Origin: Candidatus Deferrimicrobiaceae bacterium
Lineage (GTDB): Bacteria; Desulfobacterota; Deferrimicrobia; Deferrimicrobiales; Deferrimicrobiaceae
Direction of reading: 5' to 3'
NCBI GenBank assembly: GCA_963792415.1
Contig: CAWBVY010000004.1
Location: forward strand, 480,001 to 544,000
DNA length: 64,000 bases
Shown here one piece after another: positions 50,933-62,009 of the stretch. The notes beneath the pieces are model-generated. The model ran no database searches, had not been told where the DNA came from, and saw only the letters and a list, made by a program, of their open reading frames with translations. How positions within the stretch are numbered: position 1 is the stretch's first letter; the number at the start of each line of letters is the position of its first letter. Position numbers and translations under genes: made by a program.

Positions 50933-50980
50933 CCCGTTGAACAGGGACACTCCTGTGGTTCGGGAGATCATGGAGCCGGG

Positions 50981-51949
50981 ATGAGCGCGTTCGCGGGAAA
51001 GAGGATCCTGGTCACCGGCGGCGCGGGGTTCCTGGGGGGCCCGCTGATCCGGATCCTCGTGGAGCGGGGCGCGCGGCCGGAGGACGTCTCCGTTCCGGAG
51101 TACCCCCGCTTCGACCTTCGCCGCCCGGCGGATTGCGCGGACGTCGTGGCCGGCAGGGACCTCGTCCTCCACCTCGCCGCCAACGCCGGCGGGATCGGCT
51201 GGAACCGGGCGCACCCGGGGGCTCTCTTCTACGACAACGCCGCGATGGGAATCCACCTGATGGAGGAGTCCCGCAAGGCGGGCGTGAAGAAATTCGTCCA
51301 GATCGGCACCGTCTGCGCCTACCCGTTCCAGCCGCCGCGCATCCCGTTCCGCGAGGACGACCTCTGGGCCGGGTATCCCGAGCCGACCAACGCGCCGTAC
51401 GGGATCGCCAAGAAGGCGATGATGGTGATGGGGCAGGCGTACCGGGAGGAGTACGGCTTCAACGTGATCTACCTGCTCCCCGTGAACCTGTACGGCCCCC
51501 GCGACCATTTCTTCGAGCCGGAGAAGTCCCACGTCATTCCGGCGCTGATTCAGAAGTTCGTGGACGCCCGGGAATCCGGCGCGCCCGAGGTCGTGGTGTG
51601 GGGAAGCGGCCTCCATGAGGGCACCCCCGTCACCCGCGAATTCCTTTATGTGGACGACGCCGCGGAGGCGATCGCCCTCGCGGCGGAGCGGTACGATGAG
51701 CCGGCCCCCGTGAACATCGGCGCCGGGAGGGAGGTCCCCATCAACGACCTGATCGCGATGGTGTGCGGGATGACCGGCTACCGGGGGAAGATCGTCCGCG
51801 ACCTCACGAAGCCCGACGGCCAGCCCCGCCGCTGCCTCGATACTACCCGGGCGAAGGAGAAGTTCGGCTTCGTCGCCCGCACGCCGTTCGAGGAAGGGTT
51901 GCGCAGGACCATCGCGTGGTACGAGGAGGCGCGGCGGGGGCGTTCCTGA
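50981..51949 (+). CDS. fcl: GDP-L-fucose synthase
   Basis: GGAGFLG, GTVCAYP, EPTNAPYGIAK, SHVIPALI, KPDGQPRR; follows gmd. Confidence 0.92.
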   Translation: MSAFAGKRILVTGGAGFLGGPLIRILVERGARPEDVSVPEYPRFDLRRPADCADVVAGRDLVLHLAANAGGIGWNRAHPGALFYDNAAMGIHLMEESRKAGVKKFVQIGTVCAYPFQPPRIPFREDDLWAGYPEPTNAPYGIAKKAMMVMGQAYREEYGFNVIYLLPVNLYGPRDHFFEPEKSHVIPALIQKFVDARESGAPEVVVWGSGLHEGTPVTREFLYVDDAAEAIALAAERYDEPAPVNIGAGREVPINDLIAMVCGMTGYRGKIVRDLTKPDGQPRRCLDTTRAKEKFGFVARTPFEEGLRRTIAWYEEARRGRS

Positions 51950-52176
51950 GGTCGATCCGACCGGTTCCCGGACACAAGGTTCTATAACCGGCCCGGCGCC
52001 GCGGGCTCCTCCGGTCTCCGCACGCTCCTTCCGTCCGGGATTCCTCCCGCAACTTCTTCCAGTACGGATGCTTTCCGGACCCGGCCCGCCGCCGCCCCCA
52101 TCCGCGCGTCCCCGGCCCGTCCTTTGCTCCCCCCTCCCGGCAACATGCCGCGCTGCGGCCCAGGGAGGGAGCGACG

Positions 52177-53106
52177 ATGAGGAAAGCGCTGCTGGTCGGC
52201 ATCAACCGGTACCCGGATCCGGGCCACGAGCTGAAGGGGTGCGTCAACGACGTCCGCCGGATGGCGGAAACGCTGAAAAGCCGGTACGGCTTCCCCGGCG
52301 ACGGGAACATGCGCATCCTCACCGACGCCCGCGCCACCACGAAGGGGATCCTCGACGGGCTCGCCTGGCTTACCGCGGGCGCCTCCCCGGGCGACTCCCT
52401 CGTCTTCCACTACTCCGGCCACGGCTCCCAGGTCCCCGACAAGGACGGCGACGAGACGACCGACCGGCTCGACGAGATCCTCTGCCCGTACGACCTCGAC
52501 TGGGACCACCCGCTCACCGACGACGACCTCGCCGCCGCCTGCACCAACCTCCCGGAAGGGGTCCTCCTCACCGTCATCCTCGACTGCTGCCACTCCGGCA
52601 CCGGCCTGCGCGACTTCGCCTTCTCCGGCAACCGGCATTACCTGCCCAGCCTCACGCGGCCTGCGAATCTTGTGCGCCCGGGCTGCGCCCGTCCGCGCGG
52701 AAATTTCGTCCGCCCCCGCGGCGTCGCACCGTCCGACGCCCCCGACCGGCACCGCTTCCTCCCGCACCCGGAAACGCCGCATCCGGTTGCGCCGCGCCCG
52801 CGCCGCCCCGCCCGCCGGTTCGGCGTCGGCATCACCCGCACCAACGCCGTGCTGATCGCCGCCTGCCGGGACGACCAGACCTCGGCCGACGCATGGATCG
52901 ACGGCGGCTATCACGGCGCCCACACGTTTTATCTCTGCCGCGCTCTCGCGAACGGGGCCCGCGACCTCACCTGCCGCGCCCTCGTCTCCGCCACCGGAAC
53001 CGCCCTCTCCCGCGCCGGCTTCGACCAGGTCCCACAGCTCGAGGGGCCCGCCCGCCTGCTCGCGAGCCCGGTGTTCCTCCCCCTTGCCGGAATTTCCCGG
53101 GTTTGA
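52177..53106 (+). CDS. caspase-family (metacaspase, C14) protease
   Basis: KALLVGIN, LKGCVND, HYSGHG and LDCCHSG catalytic dyad, AACRDDQTSAD. Confidence 0.92.
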   Translation: MRKALLVGINRYPDPGHELKGCVNDVRRMAETLKSRYGFPGDGNMRILTDARATTKGILDGLAWLTAGASPGDSLVFHYSGHGSQVPDKDGDETTDRLDEILCPYDLDWDHPLTDDDLAAACTNLPEGVLLTVILDCCHSGTGLRDFAFSGNRHYLPSLTRPANLVRPGCARPRGNFVRPRGVAPSDAPDRHRFLPHPETPHPVAPRPRRPARRFGVGITRTNAVLIAACRDDQTSADAWIDGGYHGAHTFYLCRALANGARDLTCRALVSATGTALSRAGFDQVPQLEGPARLLASPVFLPLAGISRV

Positions 53107-53207
53107 TACTGTTTGCACATAATCCGGCGTACGCTCCATCCCAATGAAGCCTGCATTGCGTGCGCGCGCGGATGTCCCACATGGCGATGTCCGCGGGAGG
53201 ACTGTGC

Positions 53208-53702
53208 TTGGACCCGAAGTGGTACCTGGTCAAGACGAAAGCGCTCAATGAAACGCGGGTCCACACGCGCCTGACGGGCGCCGGCTACGAAGTCCTCTTC
53301 CCGAAAATCAGCAGGAAATCGAAACGCCACCGCGGCGTCTTCGAGATGCGCCCCCTCTTCCCGACGTACCTCTTCGTCCGGTTCCACGGCGACGAACTGA
53401 AAACGATCAAGTATACGCACGGCGTCGCCCGGGTGATCTGCTTCGGCCTGGAGCCCCACGAAGTGGACGAGGAGATCATCGCCGCCGTTCGCGCGCGGAT
53501 GAACGAGGAAGGGATCGTCAAGCTGGAGCCGAAACGGGTCATCCTGTCCCCCGGCCAGCGCGTGAAGATCGGGGAGGGCCCCTTCGCCGGCCTCGACGCG
53601 ATCTTCATCGAGGAGATGCCCGACCGCGAGCGGGTGGTCCTGCTCCTGGACGCCGTCTCCAGCTACCGGTTGACGGTCCAGAAGGATTCGCTCGAGCCTT
53701 AG
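53208..53702 (+). CDS. NusG-paralog antiterminator (RfaH/UpxY-like)
   Basis: WYLVKTK, PLFPTYLFV and KOW GQRVKIGEGPFAG; TTG after GGGAGG. Confidence 0.88.
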   Translation: MDPKWYLVKTKALNETRVHTRLTGAGYEVLFPKISRKSKRHRGVFEMRPLFPTYLFVRFHGDELKTIKYTHGVARVICFGLEPHEVDEEIIAAVRARMNEEGIVKLEPKRVILSPGQRVKIGEGPFAGLDAIFIEEMPDRERVVLLLDAVSSYRLTVQKDSLEP

Positions 53703-53868
53703 TGCTGCGTTTCATAAATACGGTTGCATTCGAGGGCCGCTGCATCCGCCCCGGCTGCGTTGCGCTCCCTCACCGTACTTGCGCAGTACGCCTCGGTCGC
53801 GACGCCTTGCCGGATGCGGCGCATCGGCCCTCTCGGTGCGACACCGTATTTATGAAACGCAACACTAG
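53700..53868. mobile_element. MITE-like element with 25-bp inverted repeats (24/25 match)
   Basis: TAGTGCTGCGTTTCATAAATACGGT / ACCGTATTTATGAAACGCAACACTA; TAG at both borders. Confidence 0.75.
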
Positions 53869-54003
53869 TTCTCAAGGGGTTGAGGAGGTCCCCGAATTTG
53901 CCGGCTGTCGGCTTGAACTCTGATAACATAAAACGCTGTGTTGTGGAAACGGACCGCAGGTGGCACCGCCCGGCGGGCTCTCCCTGTTCCCGGAGGCCGC
54001 ATG

Positions 54004-54015
54004 GGCGGTAGCCTT
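54004..54015 (+). promoter_or_regulatory. ops-like element
   Basis: GGCGGTAGCCTT in the leader of the polysaccharide operon, downstream of the RfaH-like gene. Confidence 0.6.
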
Positions 54016-54041
54016 CGCGTTTTCCGCCCCGGCGAATCGGG

Positions 54042-57000
54042 ATGACCATGCCTGAACGACACTTCCGGTTGCCCGCGCTCCTCTTCCTGCTCTTCGCGTT
54101 CCTCGGGGGGGTCGCCCTCGCCGCGGAAAACAGCGCGGGCGGGTCGCCGCAGGCGCTCCCCGCCGATCTCTCCCCGGAGCAGGCGGAGATGGCGAGGAAG
54201 TACCTCGAAGTCGAACCCGGAGACGCGCCAGGCACTCGAGGCCGCCCAGCAACGTAAAGAGCAGGAAGCCCAGGACGGGGTGAAACCGGGGGACGAGAGC
54301 GCCGACGGGGGGAAGAAGGACCTTGCCCCCGGGGCGGAAGGCGCCGCCTCGGCCGCGAAAGAGGACCGGTTCCCGTCCGGCTACGACTGGCGGAGATCCC
54401 CCTACGTCTCCCGCCTCTTCGGCTCCCGCCTCAAGGACGAGGAGAAGCGGCAGCTCGTCCACTTCGGCCACGAGCTGTTCGCCCCCCGGACCGACGTCGC
54501 CGTGGTTCTCGAAAACATGCCGGCGGTCCCCGGGTACGTCATCGGCCCCGGCGACGAAGTCGTCGTCCGGATGTGGGGCCGGATGGAGGGGACCCAGCGG
54601 CTGACGGTCGACCGCGACGGGAAGATCTTCTTCCCGAAGCTCGGCTCCTTCCGCGTCGCGGGGAAGACGTTCGAGGAGCTCAAAACCTTTCTCCAGGAGA
54701 AGGTCTCCGGCATCAAGGAGGTCCGCTCCGACGTCTCCCTCGGCCGGATGAAAGGCGTCCGCGTCTCCGTCATCGGGGAGGTCCGCGCCCCGGGGTGGTA
54801 CGACGTCTCCTCCCTCCACACCGCGCTCCAGGCGCTCTCCCTTGCCTCCGGGGTGAAGGACATCGGGTCCCTCCGCCGGATCGAGCTGCGCCGGGGAGGG
54901 AAGGCGGTCGAGACGATCGACCTCTACGATCTCCTGCTGAAGGGGGACGGGCGGTCCGATCTCCGTCTCCTCCAGGGGGACACGATCTTCGTCCCCGTGG
55001 TGGGGAAGCTGGTCGTCATCGCCGGCGAAGTGCGCCGGCCCGCCATCTACGAGCTTCGCGACGAGAAGCCGCTGCTGGACCTGGTCCGGGTCGCGGGCGG
55101 GTTCGCCCCCTCCGCCTGGAAGCAGCGCGTCCTGGTGGAGCGGCTCGAGGGGAACGCCTCCCGCGTCGTCCTCGACGCGAGCGTCGAGGACCTGGAGAAA
55201 GGGAAGGCGACGCTGGATCTCTCCGACGGCGACATCGTCCGCGTCTTCCCCATCCTCCCGGTGGACCTCAACGTGGTCACGCTGGAGGGGAACGTCTACC
55301 GCCCCGGGAAGTACGAGCTCAAGCCCGGGATGACCGTGGGCGCGCTCCTCAAGGACGCGATGGACTTCCGCCCCGAAACGTACTTCGACTACGCGCTCCT
55401 CACCCGCCTCGTTCCCCCGGACCTGCACAAGGAGGTCATCCCCGTAAACCTCCGGGAGATCGTGCTGGAGAAGAAGCCGGGGGCCGACGTCGCCCTTCAG
55501 GGGCGGGACAAGCTCACGGTCTACAACCGTTCGGCCTTCCGCGACCCGCCCAAGGCGACCATCTCCGGGGAGGTGCGGTTGACGCGCCAGCCGCCCGGAC
55601 AGCCGCCGAAGGCCGAGAGCCCGCTCCCGGGAGGACAAGGGCTGGAAAAACCTCCCGTGACGGAGAGTCCGTTCCCGGCCGGGTCGGGGCGGGAGAAACC
55701 GCTCAAGGCGGAGGAGTCGCTCGCGCCGGTGCCCGGGCTGGAACCGTGCGCCGAAGGCGGAGGGCCGGGTCGCGACCGGGAAAGTGGCCCTGGGGATGAA
55801 AAGCGAAAAGGACTTCCTCCTCTCCAAGCTGGCCGCGGAATCGAGGGTCGACAACAACGTCCTCACCGTCGAGATCCAGGCGGGGATGCGCGTGGCCGAC
55901 CTGGTCCGGATGGCGGGCGGCCTGACCCGCCTTGCGTACCTGGAGCGCGCCGAGGTCGTTCGCGTCGACGAGGACCGCACCTACCGGACGATCTACTTCC
56001 ACCTCGGAAGGGCGATCGCGGGCGACCCGGTCGAGAACCTCCTCCTTTCGAACGAGGACCACGTCCAGATCCACTCGATCCTGGAGACGCGCTTCAAGAA
56101 GACCGTGATGGCCGCGGGAGAGGTGAACAACGTCGGGGAATACGTCCTCACCGACGGGATGCGGCTTTCCGACCTTCTCTTCAAGGCCGGCGGGTTCAGG
56201 GAGGGCGCCTACACGAAAGAGGCGGAGGTCATCCGCAGGGAGGTCTCCCCGCAGGGGGACCTGGTCCGGACGCAGGCCCTGGTCGTCTTCCCGGAGAGGG
56301 CGCTTCGGAGGGAAGCGGACGCCGATATCCCCCTGAAAGAGCGCGACCTCCTGGTCGTCCGGCAGATCCCCGACTGGTCGGAGAAGATCCAGGTGGAGCT
56401 TGCGGGGGAGGTGCAGTTTCCCGGAATCTACGCCGCCCACAAAAGGGAGCGGCTGAGCTCGGTCGTCGAGCGCGCCGGGGGGTTCACGAACGGCGCGTAC
56501 CTGAAGGCCGCCCAGTTCACCCGCCGGTCCACACAGAAGGCCCAGCAGGAGGCGATCGACAAGCTGATCGACGACCTCGAGGTGGAGGTCGCGCAGAAGG
56601 GCCAGGCGGTGAGCGGCGCCATCGACAGGGAGGACGTGGAGGCGAACAAGCTGCTCCTCGAGGCCCGCCGCTCCCTCATCACCCAGCTGAAGAAAGCGAG
56701 GGCGAAGGGCCGGGTCGTCATCCAGCTGACCTCCGCCGACCAGCTGAAGGGGTCGACCGCCGACGTCCTCCTCGAGGACGGCGACCGGCTCGAGGTCCCC
56801 AAGAAGACGAACGTGGTCAACGTCGTCGGGCGCGTTTATAACCCGACGGGCGTCGTGTACGACCCCGCGAAAGATACCCTGGGCCACTACCTCAAGATGG
56901 TGGGAGGCCCCACGGAGAGCGCGGACCGGGACCACGTCTTCCTCCTCAAGGCGAACGGTTCGGTGGTCACCCGGGAGAACGCCGACGGCGGATTCTTCTC

Positions 57001-57163
57001 GACGGGCAAGCAGAGTCTCCTCTCGACCCGGGTGGACCCGGGGGACTCCATCGTCGTGCCCGAAAAGCTCCTTGATCCGCGCCTGATGAAGAACGCGAAG
57101 GACATCACCCAGATCCTGTTCCAGATCGCCGTGACGACCGGCGTCCTGATCGCGCTGTTCTGA
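54042..57163 (+). CDS. SLBB-domain polysaccharide export protein; frameshifts near 54208 and 55748
   Basis: Signal peptide, YVIGPGD, GEVRRPAIYE, GEVQFPGIY, PGDSIVVP; split over ORFs 54042, 54280 and 55784. Confidence 0.85.
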
Positions 57164-57210
57164 CCGTTGGGACGATTGCGGATCACGCGTTCCGGCATCG
57201 ATAAACGACC

Positions 57211-58140
57211 ATGGGAAAAGAAGATACGGAGATCCAGGGCGGCAAGAGCGTGACGGAGGAGCGACCACCAATCCGATACGAGGAAGACGAAATCAACCTC
57301 GGGGAATATTTCGCCATCCTGCGCAAGGTTTGGTGGAAGATCGTCCTCTTTTCCCTGGCCGTGGGGCTCGTGACGCTCCTCGTGATGTTCCTGTTGCCGA
57401 ACATCTACCAGGCGACCGCCGTCCTCACCCCCGCGGTGGATGAGAAGAGGCCGAATCCCGCCCTGGGTCTTCTCGCCTCGTTGGGTGTCGATGTCGGAAG
57501 CCCGACCAAGGTGGAAGACCTGGAGACCCTCTTCAAGAGCAACGACCTCACCGTGCGGGTCTTCAGTAAATACAATCTGTGGCCGGTCGTTCTTCCGGAC
57601 AGATTCGATTCCGCTACAGGAAAGATGAAGTTCTGTTGGACGGACCGCCTGTTGGGTCGAGAAAAGGGGCCGAGGGCACCGGGCGACTGGGATGCCATAC
57701 GCGCCGCGAAAGATCGCTTGAAGGTTTTCGTCAACAGGAAGGCGAACACCGTTTCCGTTTCCTTCGAATCCCCGTCCGCGGAAGGTTCCGCCAACATCGT
57801 GAAGTATTATCTCGAGGAAGGGAAAAGCCGCCTCCAGGAGGAGGCTTTTGATCGCGCGATGAAGAACAAGAAATTCATCGAGGAACAGATCGGGAAGACG
57901 GTCGATGCCTTGACGCGGGATCGCCTCTATTCGCTTTACGGCCAGGAAGTCGAAAAGGAGATGATGGCCCGGAACCGGGAACAGTTCGGTTTCCGGGTGA
58001 TCGATTCTCCCCGGGCGCCGGACCGGAAGTCGGGGCCTCAGCGGTTCTTGACCGCCCTGCTCGTCGCAGTTCTCTCTTTCGTAGTTTCAAGCTTCCTTCT
58101 AACCGCTTGGTGGAAAAGGCGTCCTGTCAAATACCTTTAG
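57211..58140 (+). CDS. wzz: polysaccharide chain-length determinant
   Basis: EDEINLGE, two TM segments, C-terminal VIDSPRAPDRKSGP. Confidence 0.85.
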   Translation: MGKEDTEIQGGKSVTEERPPIRYEEDEINLGEYFAILRKVWWKIVLFSLAVGLVTLLVMFLLPNIYQATAVLTPAVDEKRPNPALGLLASLGVDVGSPTKVEDLETLFKSNDLTVRVFSKYNLWPVVLPDRFDSATGKMKFCWTDRLLGREKGPRAPGDWDAIRAAKDRLKVFVNRKANTVSVSFESPSAEGSANIVKYYLEEGKSRLQEEAFDRAMKNKKFIEEQIGKTVDALTRDRLYSLYGQEVEKEMMARNREQFGFRVIDSPRAPDRKSGPQRFLTALLVAVLSFVVSSFLLTAWWKRRPVKYL

Positions 58141-58176
58141 TAACAATAATTTAGACTTTTAATTCAAATTTTACTT

Positions 58177-59065
58177 ATGGACAATAAAGTCAATGTTGTA
58201 CCATGGAGCGCTCATACTGCACATAATCATATCGTTTCTATTGTAAATTCATGCTTTGATAAATATGAAGAAGGAAAAATCATACGGATTCTTGATGTTA
58301 GATTTGGGAGTGGGAAGCTACTATGTCATCTTCTTGATTTTCTTAAATTCTCAAAACCTTGTTTACGATTGGAAGTATTTGGATTAGATGTGTTGGATTC
58401 TGGTGTTTCAGGATGTCGGCTTCATGGAAATAACAAGAGATTATCTTATTGAACGACATCCAGAACAGGATTGGCATAATAAACTTTTCATGATTTCAAC
58501 AAGAGATAAATGGCCATTTGAAAATAATAGTTTTGATTTTATACTTAGCAACATGGTTATGGAACACGTTTTTGACTTTGATTTGTTATTCAATGAAATT
58601 AGGCGTTGCTTAAGTCCAATAGGTTCCAGTATAAATTTGTTCCCAACACGTGAGGTGTTGTGGGAGGGGCATATACATATGCCGATAGTACATAAAGTGC
58701 GTAATGAAAAATTGCGCTCAAACATAATATATATCTTGGCGAATATCGGTTTCACAAAGTGCTATTATCTTGAGATGCAACGTCGTGGTTGGAAATCAAT
58801 AAAAGAATTCGCTTCTGTGTTTTCACACGTTTTGGAAAAAGACACTAATTATATTACACAAAAGCAACTTATAAATATTGCTCATCGTAATGGATTAGAT
58901 ATATCGTTTAAGAATACAAAAGATTTTTATATAATAAAAATTCTGTCTTTGTTTGGGAGGAAAAAATTAATTTGTAATGATTGGGGTCCGGCAGAAAATT
59001 TAATGTGTTTCTTTTTGAAATATCTTTCGGCTATTACTGTTAATCTTACAATAAAATATTCATGA
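58177..59065 (+). CDS. class I SAM methyltransferase, low GC; frameshift near 58407
   Basis: ILDVRFGSG and PFENNSFDFILSNMVMEHV; GGTGTTtCAG carries an extra T. Confidence 0.75.
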
Positions 59066-59175
59066 TTCTAAAAAATTATTCGGTTTGGCAAGGGTAAAAA
59101 AACGAGAGGGCGGTGATGCGGTAATAAATATTCGCAAATCGTCACATTTCTTTCCATTACCCTGAAGAGAATCTC

Positions 59176-60668
59176 TTGGCTCTCCCCACCGGAAAACGAA
59201 GCCCCCCGTTGACTAGCGGAGTAGTGCTCGCGAGGAATACCCTCTGGAATTTTGCCGGCTTGAGTGTGCCAATGTTTGTCGCCCTCGTTAGTATCCCGGT
59301 TATCGTCAGGCGGGTTGGGACGGAAAGGTTCGCGGGATGCTGAACCTCGCCTGGATGGTGATCGGCTACTTCACCCTGTTCGACCTCGGGCTGGGGAGGG
59401 CTCTCACGAAACTTGTGGCCGAGAAACTGGGACAAGAACGGCGGGACGATCTCCCCGCGCTAGTCTGGACCGCTTCGGTCCTGATGCTGGCTTTGGGGGG
59501 GGTGGGTGGTATCGTCCTCGGCTTGCTAGCCCCCTTCCTCGTGGCTCACACGTTTAAGGTGCCGGCCGGGATGCAGGAAGAATTACTGGGGACTTTCTAC
59601 CTCCTTGCCGCGGCGGTCCCGATGGTCATTAGCACCACTGGCCTACGGGGGATTCTCGAAGCCCACCAGCGATTCGATCTTTCCAATCGTCTCCGCGTTT
59701 TCATGGGAGTCGTTACGTTCCTAGGACCTTTGCTGGTCTTGCCCTTCTCCAGCGATCTGTTCTGGATAATCCTTGCCCTAGTTGCGGGACGTCTTGTTGC
59801 ATGGGGTGGTCATTTGTATTTCTGTCTCCAAATCATGCCAGGATTGAAATCGAGGATCTCTATGGAACGTTCCATGGTTCGTCCTCTACTGAAATTCGGC
59901 GGATGGATGACGGTGAGCAACGTCATCAGCCCGCTGATGGTATCCCTGGACCGCTTCCTGATCGGCGCCCTTATCTCCATGACTGCCGTGGCCTATTACT
60001 CGACGCCATGGGAAATTGTGACCAAGTTTCTGGTGATCCCAGGGGCGGTCGTCGGTGTTCTCTTCCCCGCCTTCAGCGCCGCCTTCGACCAGGATTCCCA
60101 ACGGGCCGGCCGGTTGTACCTACGGGGCCTGAAATATGTGTTCCTTTCCATGTTCCCGCTGGTGCTTCTGGTCGTTTCCTTCGCAAAAGAAGGGCTGTAC
60201 CTTTGGTTGGGCCCCGAGTTCGCCGAAAACGGGTTCCGGATCATGCAGTTACTGGCGGTCGGAATCCTCGTGATTGGCGTGGCAGGCATTCCCTTTGCGT
60301 TCATCCAGGGGATGGGGCGTCCCGATGTCACCGCGAAATTTCACATGGTGGAAGCGGTTATTTACATCCCGTGCGCTTGGTGGCTCGTCAAGGGATACGG
60401 CCCAACGGGGGCGGCTCTTGCCTGGACGCTCCGGGCAGGGGCGGATGCGCTTTTCCTGCTTCTGTTCGCCAAGAAGTTTCTGTTGGGAGAGCACGCGCGA
60501 TACAAGGTTCATGCGGTATGCGCGGTGTCATCAGTTGGGGTTTTGATCTTGGCGATGGTGTCTCTGCCATTTGCCGTAAAACTTCCCTTTGTCGGGTTGG
60601 CCTTAACTGCATTCTTTCTTACAGCGTGGCATTGGGGCGTAGAGGTGGAGGAGAAGTCGCTATATTAA
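59176..60668 (+). CDS. wzx: O-antigen flippase; frameshift near 59330
   Basis: LARNTLWN, FDLGLGRA, LKFGGW, DRFLIG; many TM segments. Confidence 0.88.
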
Positions 60669-60723
60669 CGACAAAGTGCGAAACTTACTGAAATATTTCT
60701 ACGCGGAGGAGTGAAGGTTCAGC

Positions 60724-61958
60724 ATGACATTGCTGGTCTATTTCCATCCTTCTCGCCCAAGCGATACTCATATACAGCGTCGCTGGCTCGGGACTCTTTC
60801 CCCCGGTTTTGTACGCATTCTACTGGGCCAGTGTCGTAGCGCTCTCGACGGTGATCCGATTCGGCGATTACTCGATTACCGTCGATGCGTTGATGGTGTT
60901 CTTGGTCGGTTCGATGGTGTTTTCGATCGGCGGTTTTGTCGCAATGAGGTGCATTGGGCGGGGGATTCGAGGGAGCCGATATCACCTTTACGGAAACGCT
61001 TCATCCAGAACTTCATCATCGCCTATAGTGTTGCACTCCTCGCACTCGTCCCGTTGTTTTTCAGTACCCTAAGAAATGTCGTTGACATGTTGGGGTTAGA
61101 TGGGTTGGCGGTAGCGGTGCGTTTTGCTTTCGGGGATAGAGACCGAGCAGGAATTCCACGGATCTTTCTAGCTTGACGTCGGTGGGTGGAATCCTGGCTT
61201 ATTGTGCTGCGTGGCTTTATGAAGACACACGCCGGGACAAGGTCGTGCTTTGGGTGGCAATCATTGCACCTCTGATAATGAACATATTGACCTTCGCACG
61301 GACTCCGATCTACATGCTGTTGAGCGGAGTCATGGCCATCATGTTGTTCCGGAATACCATACGGAAACGTCTCGTCCTTGCGTACGCATTGCTTGGGATC
61401 TCACTCGGTATATGCATTGGGGTGGTTTTGGGGAAGGGGCCGGAGTTCGATTCCGGAAAATCTTCCTTACATGCCGATCGTGCAGTACGTGGCAAGTCTA
61501 CTTCGTGGGGGCCCAGTTGGGTTCGGTCATGTCATGGAGTTTTCTGCCTGAGTAGGAGAATGGGGTTGTCTTTGAGATTCTTCACCCAGGCTGCGTCGTC
61601 CTTCGGCGCGGATATCACACTTCCCAATATCGTTCTGGGGTACTTCAGTGATGTCTTAGGGAACATCTACACGATTTATTTCGCTTATTGGCTCGATTGG
61701 GGATGGTGGGGGATCCTCATTATATCATTCATCATGGGGTCCCTCTGCACGGCAGTGTACAGGTTCGCGAGGATGGGGAACCCCGCAGCTGGCGTTGCCT
61801 TCGGCCTGGTAACGGGCTCCATACTGAATTCGGCAACCGGGGATGGAATCTTCGGGTCATCGGTGCCGTGGCTCCTCATTCTCTCGGTTGTAGGGTTTCT
61901 TTGGAATGTCCCTATCATCTCTTGCAGGTTTTCCCGGCAGCCGACCCTCGAGGTGTAG
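60724..61958 (+). CDS. wzy: O-antigen polymerase-like membrane protein; several frameshifts
   Basis: Hydrophobic segments spread over ORFs 60809, 60724 and 61173; GNIYTIYFAYWLDWGWWG motif; position in the locus. Confidence 0.6.
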
Positions 61959-62009
61959 GGATTCCCAGGGAATGGCATCGAGTTACTTGGTTGTCTGCAT
62001 GTCCGGGTT

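Noticed and set aside
51982-52101. 39-aa minus-strand ORF between fcl and the metacaspase
   Set aside because: No motif or convincing RBS; probably spurious.
61107-61114. Other GGCGGTAG hits (inside wzy and at the end of dabB2)
   Set aside because: They lie in coding sequence, and such an 8-mer is expected by chance in GC-rich DNA.
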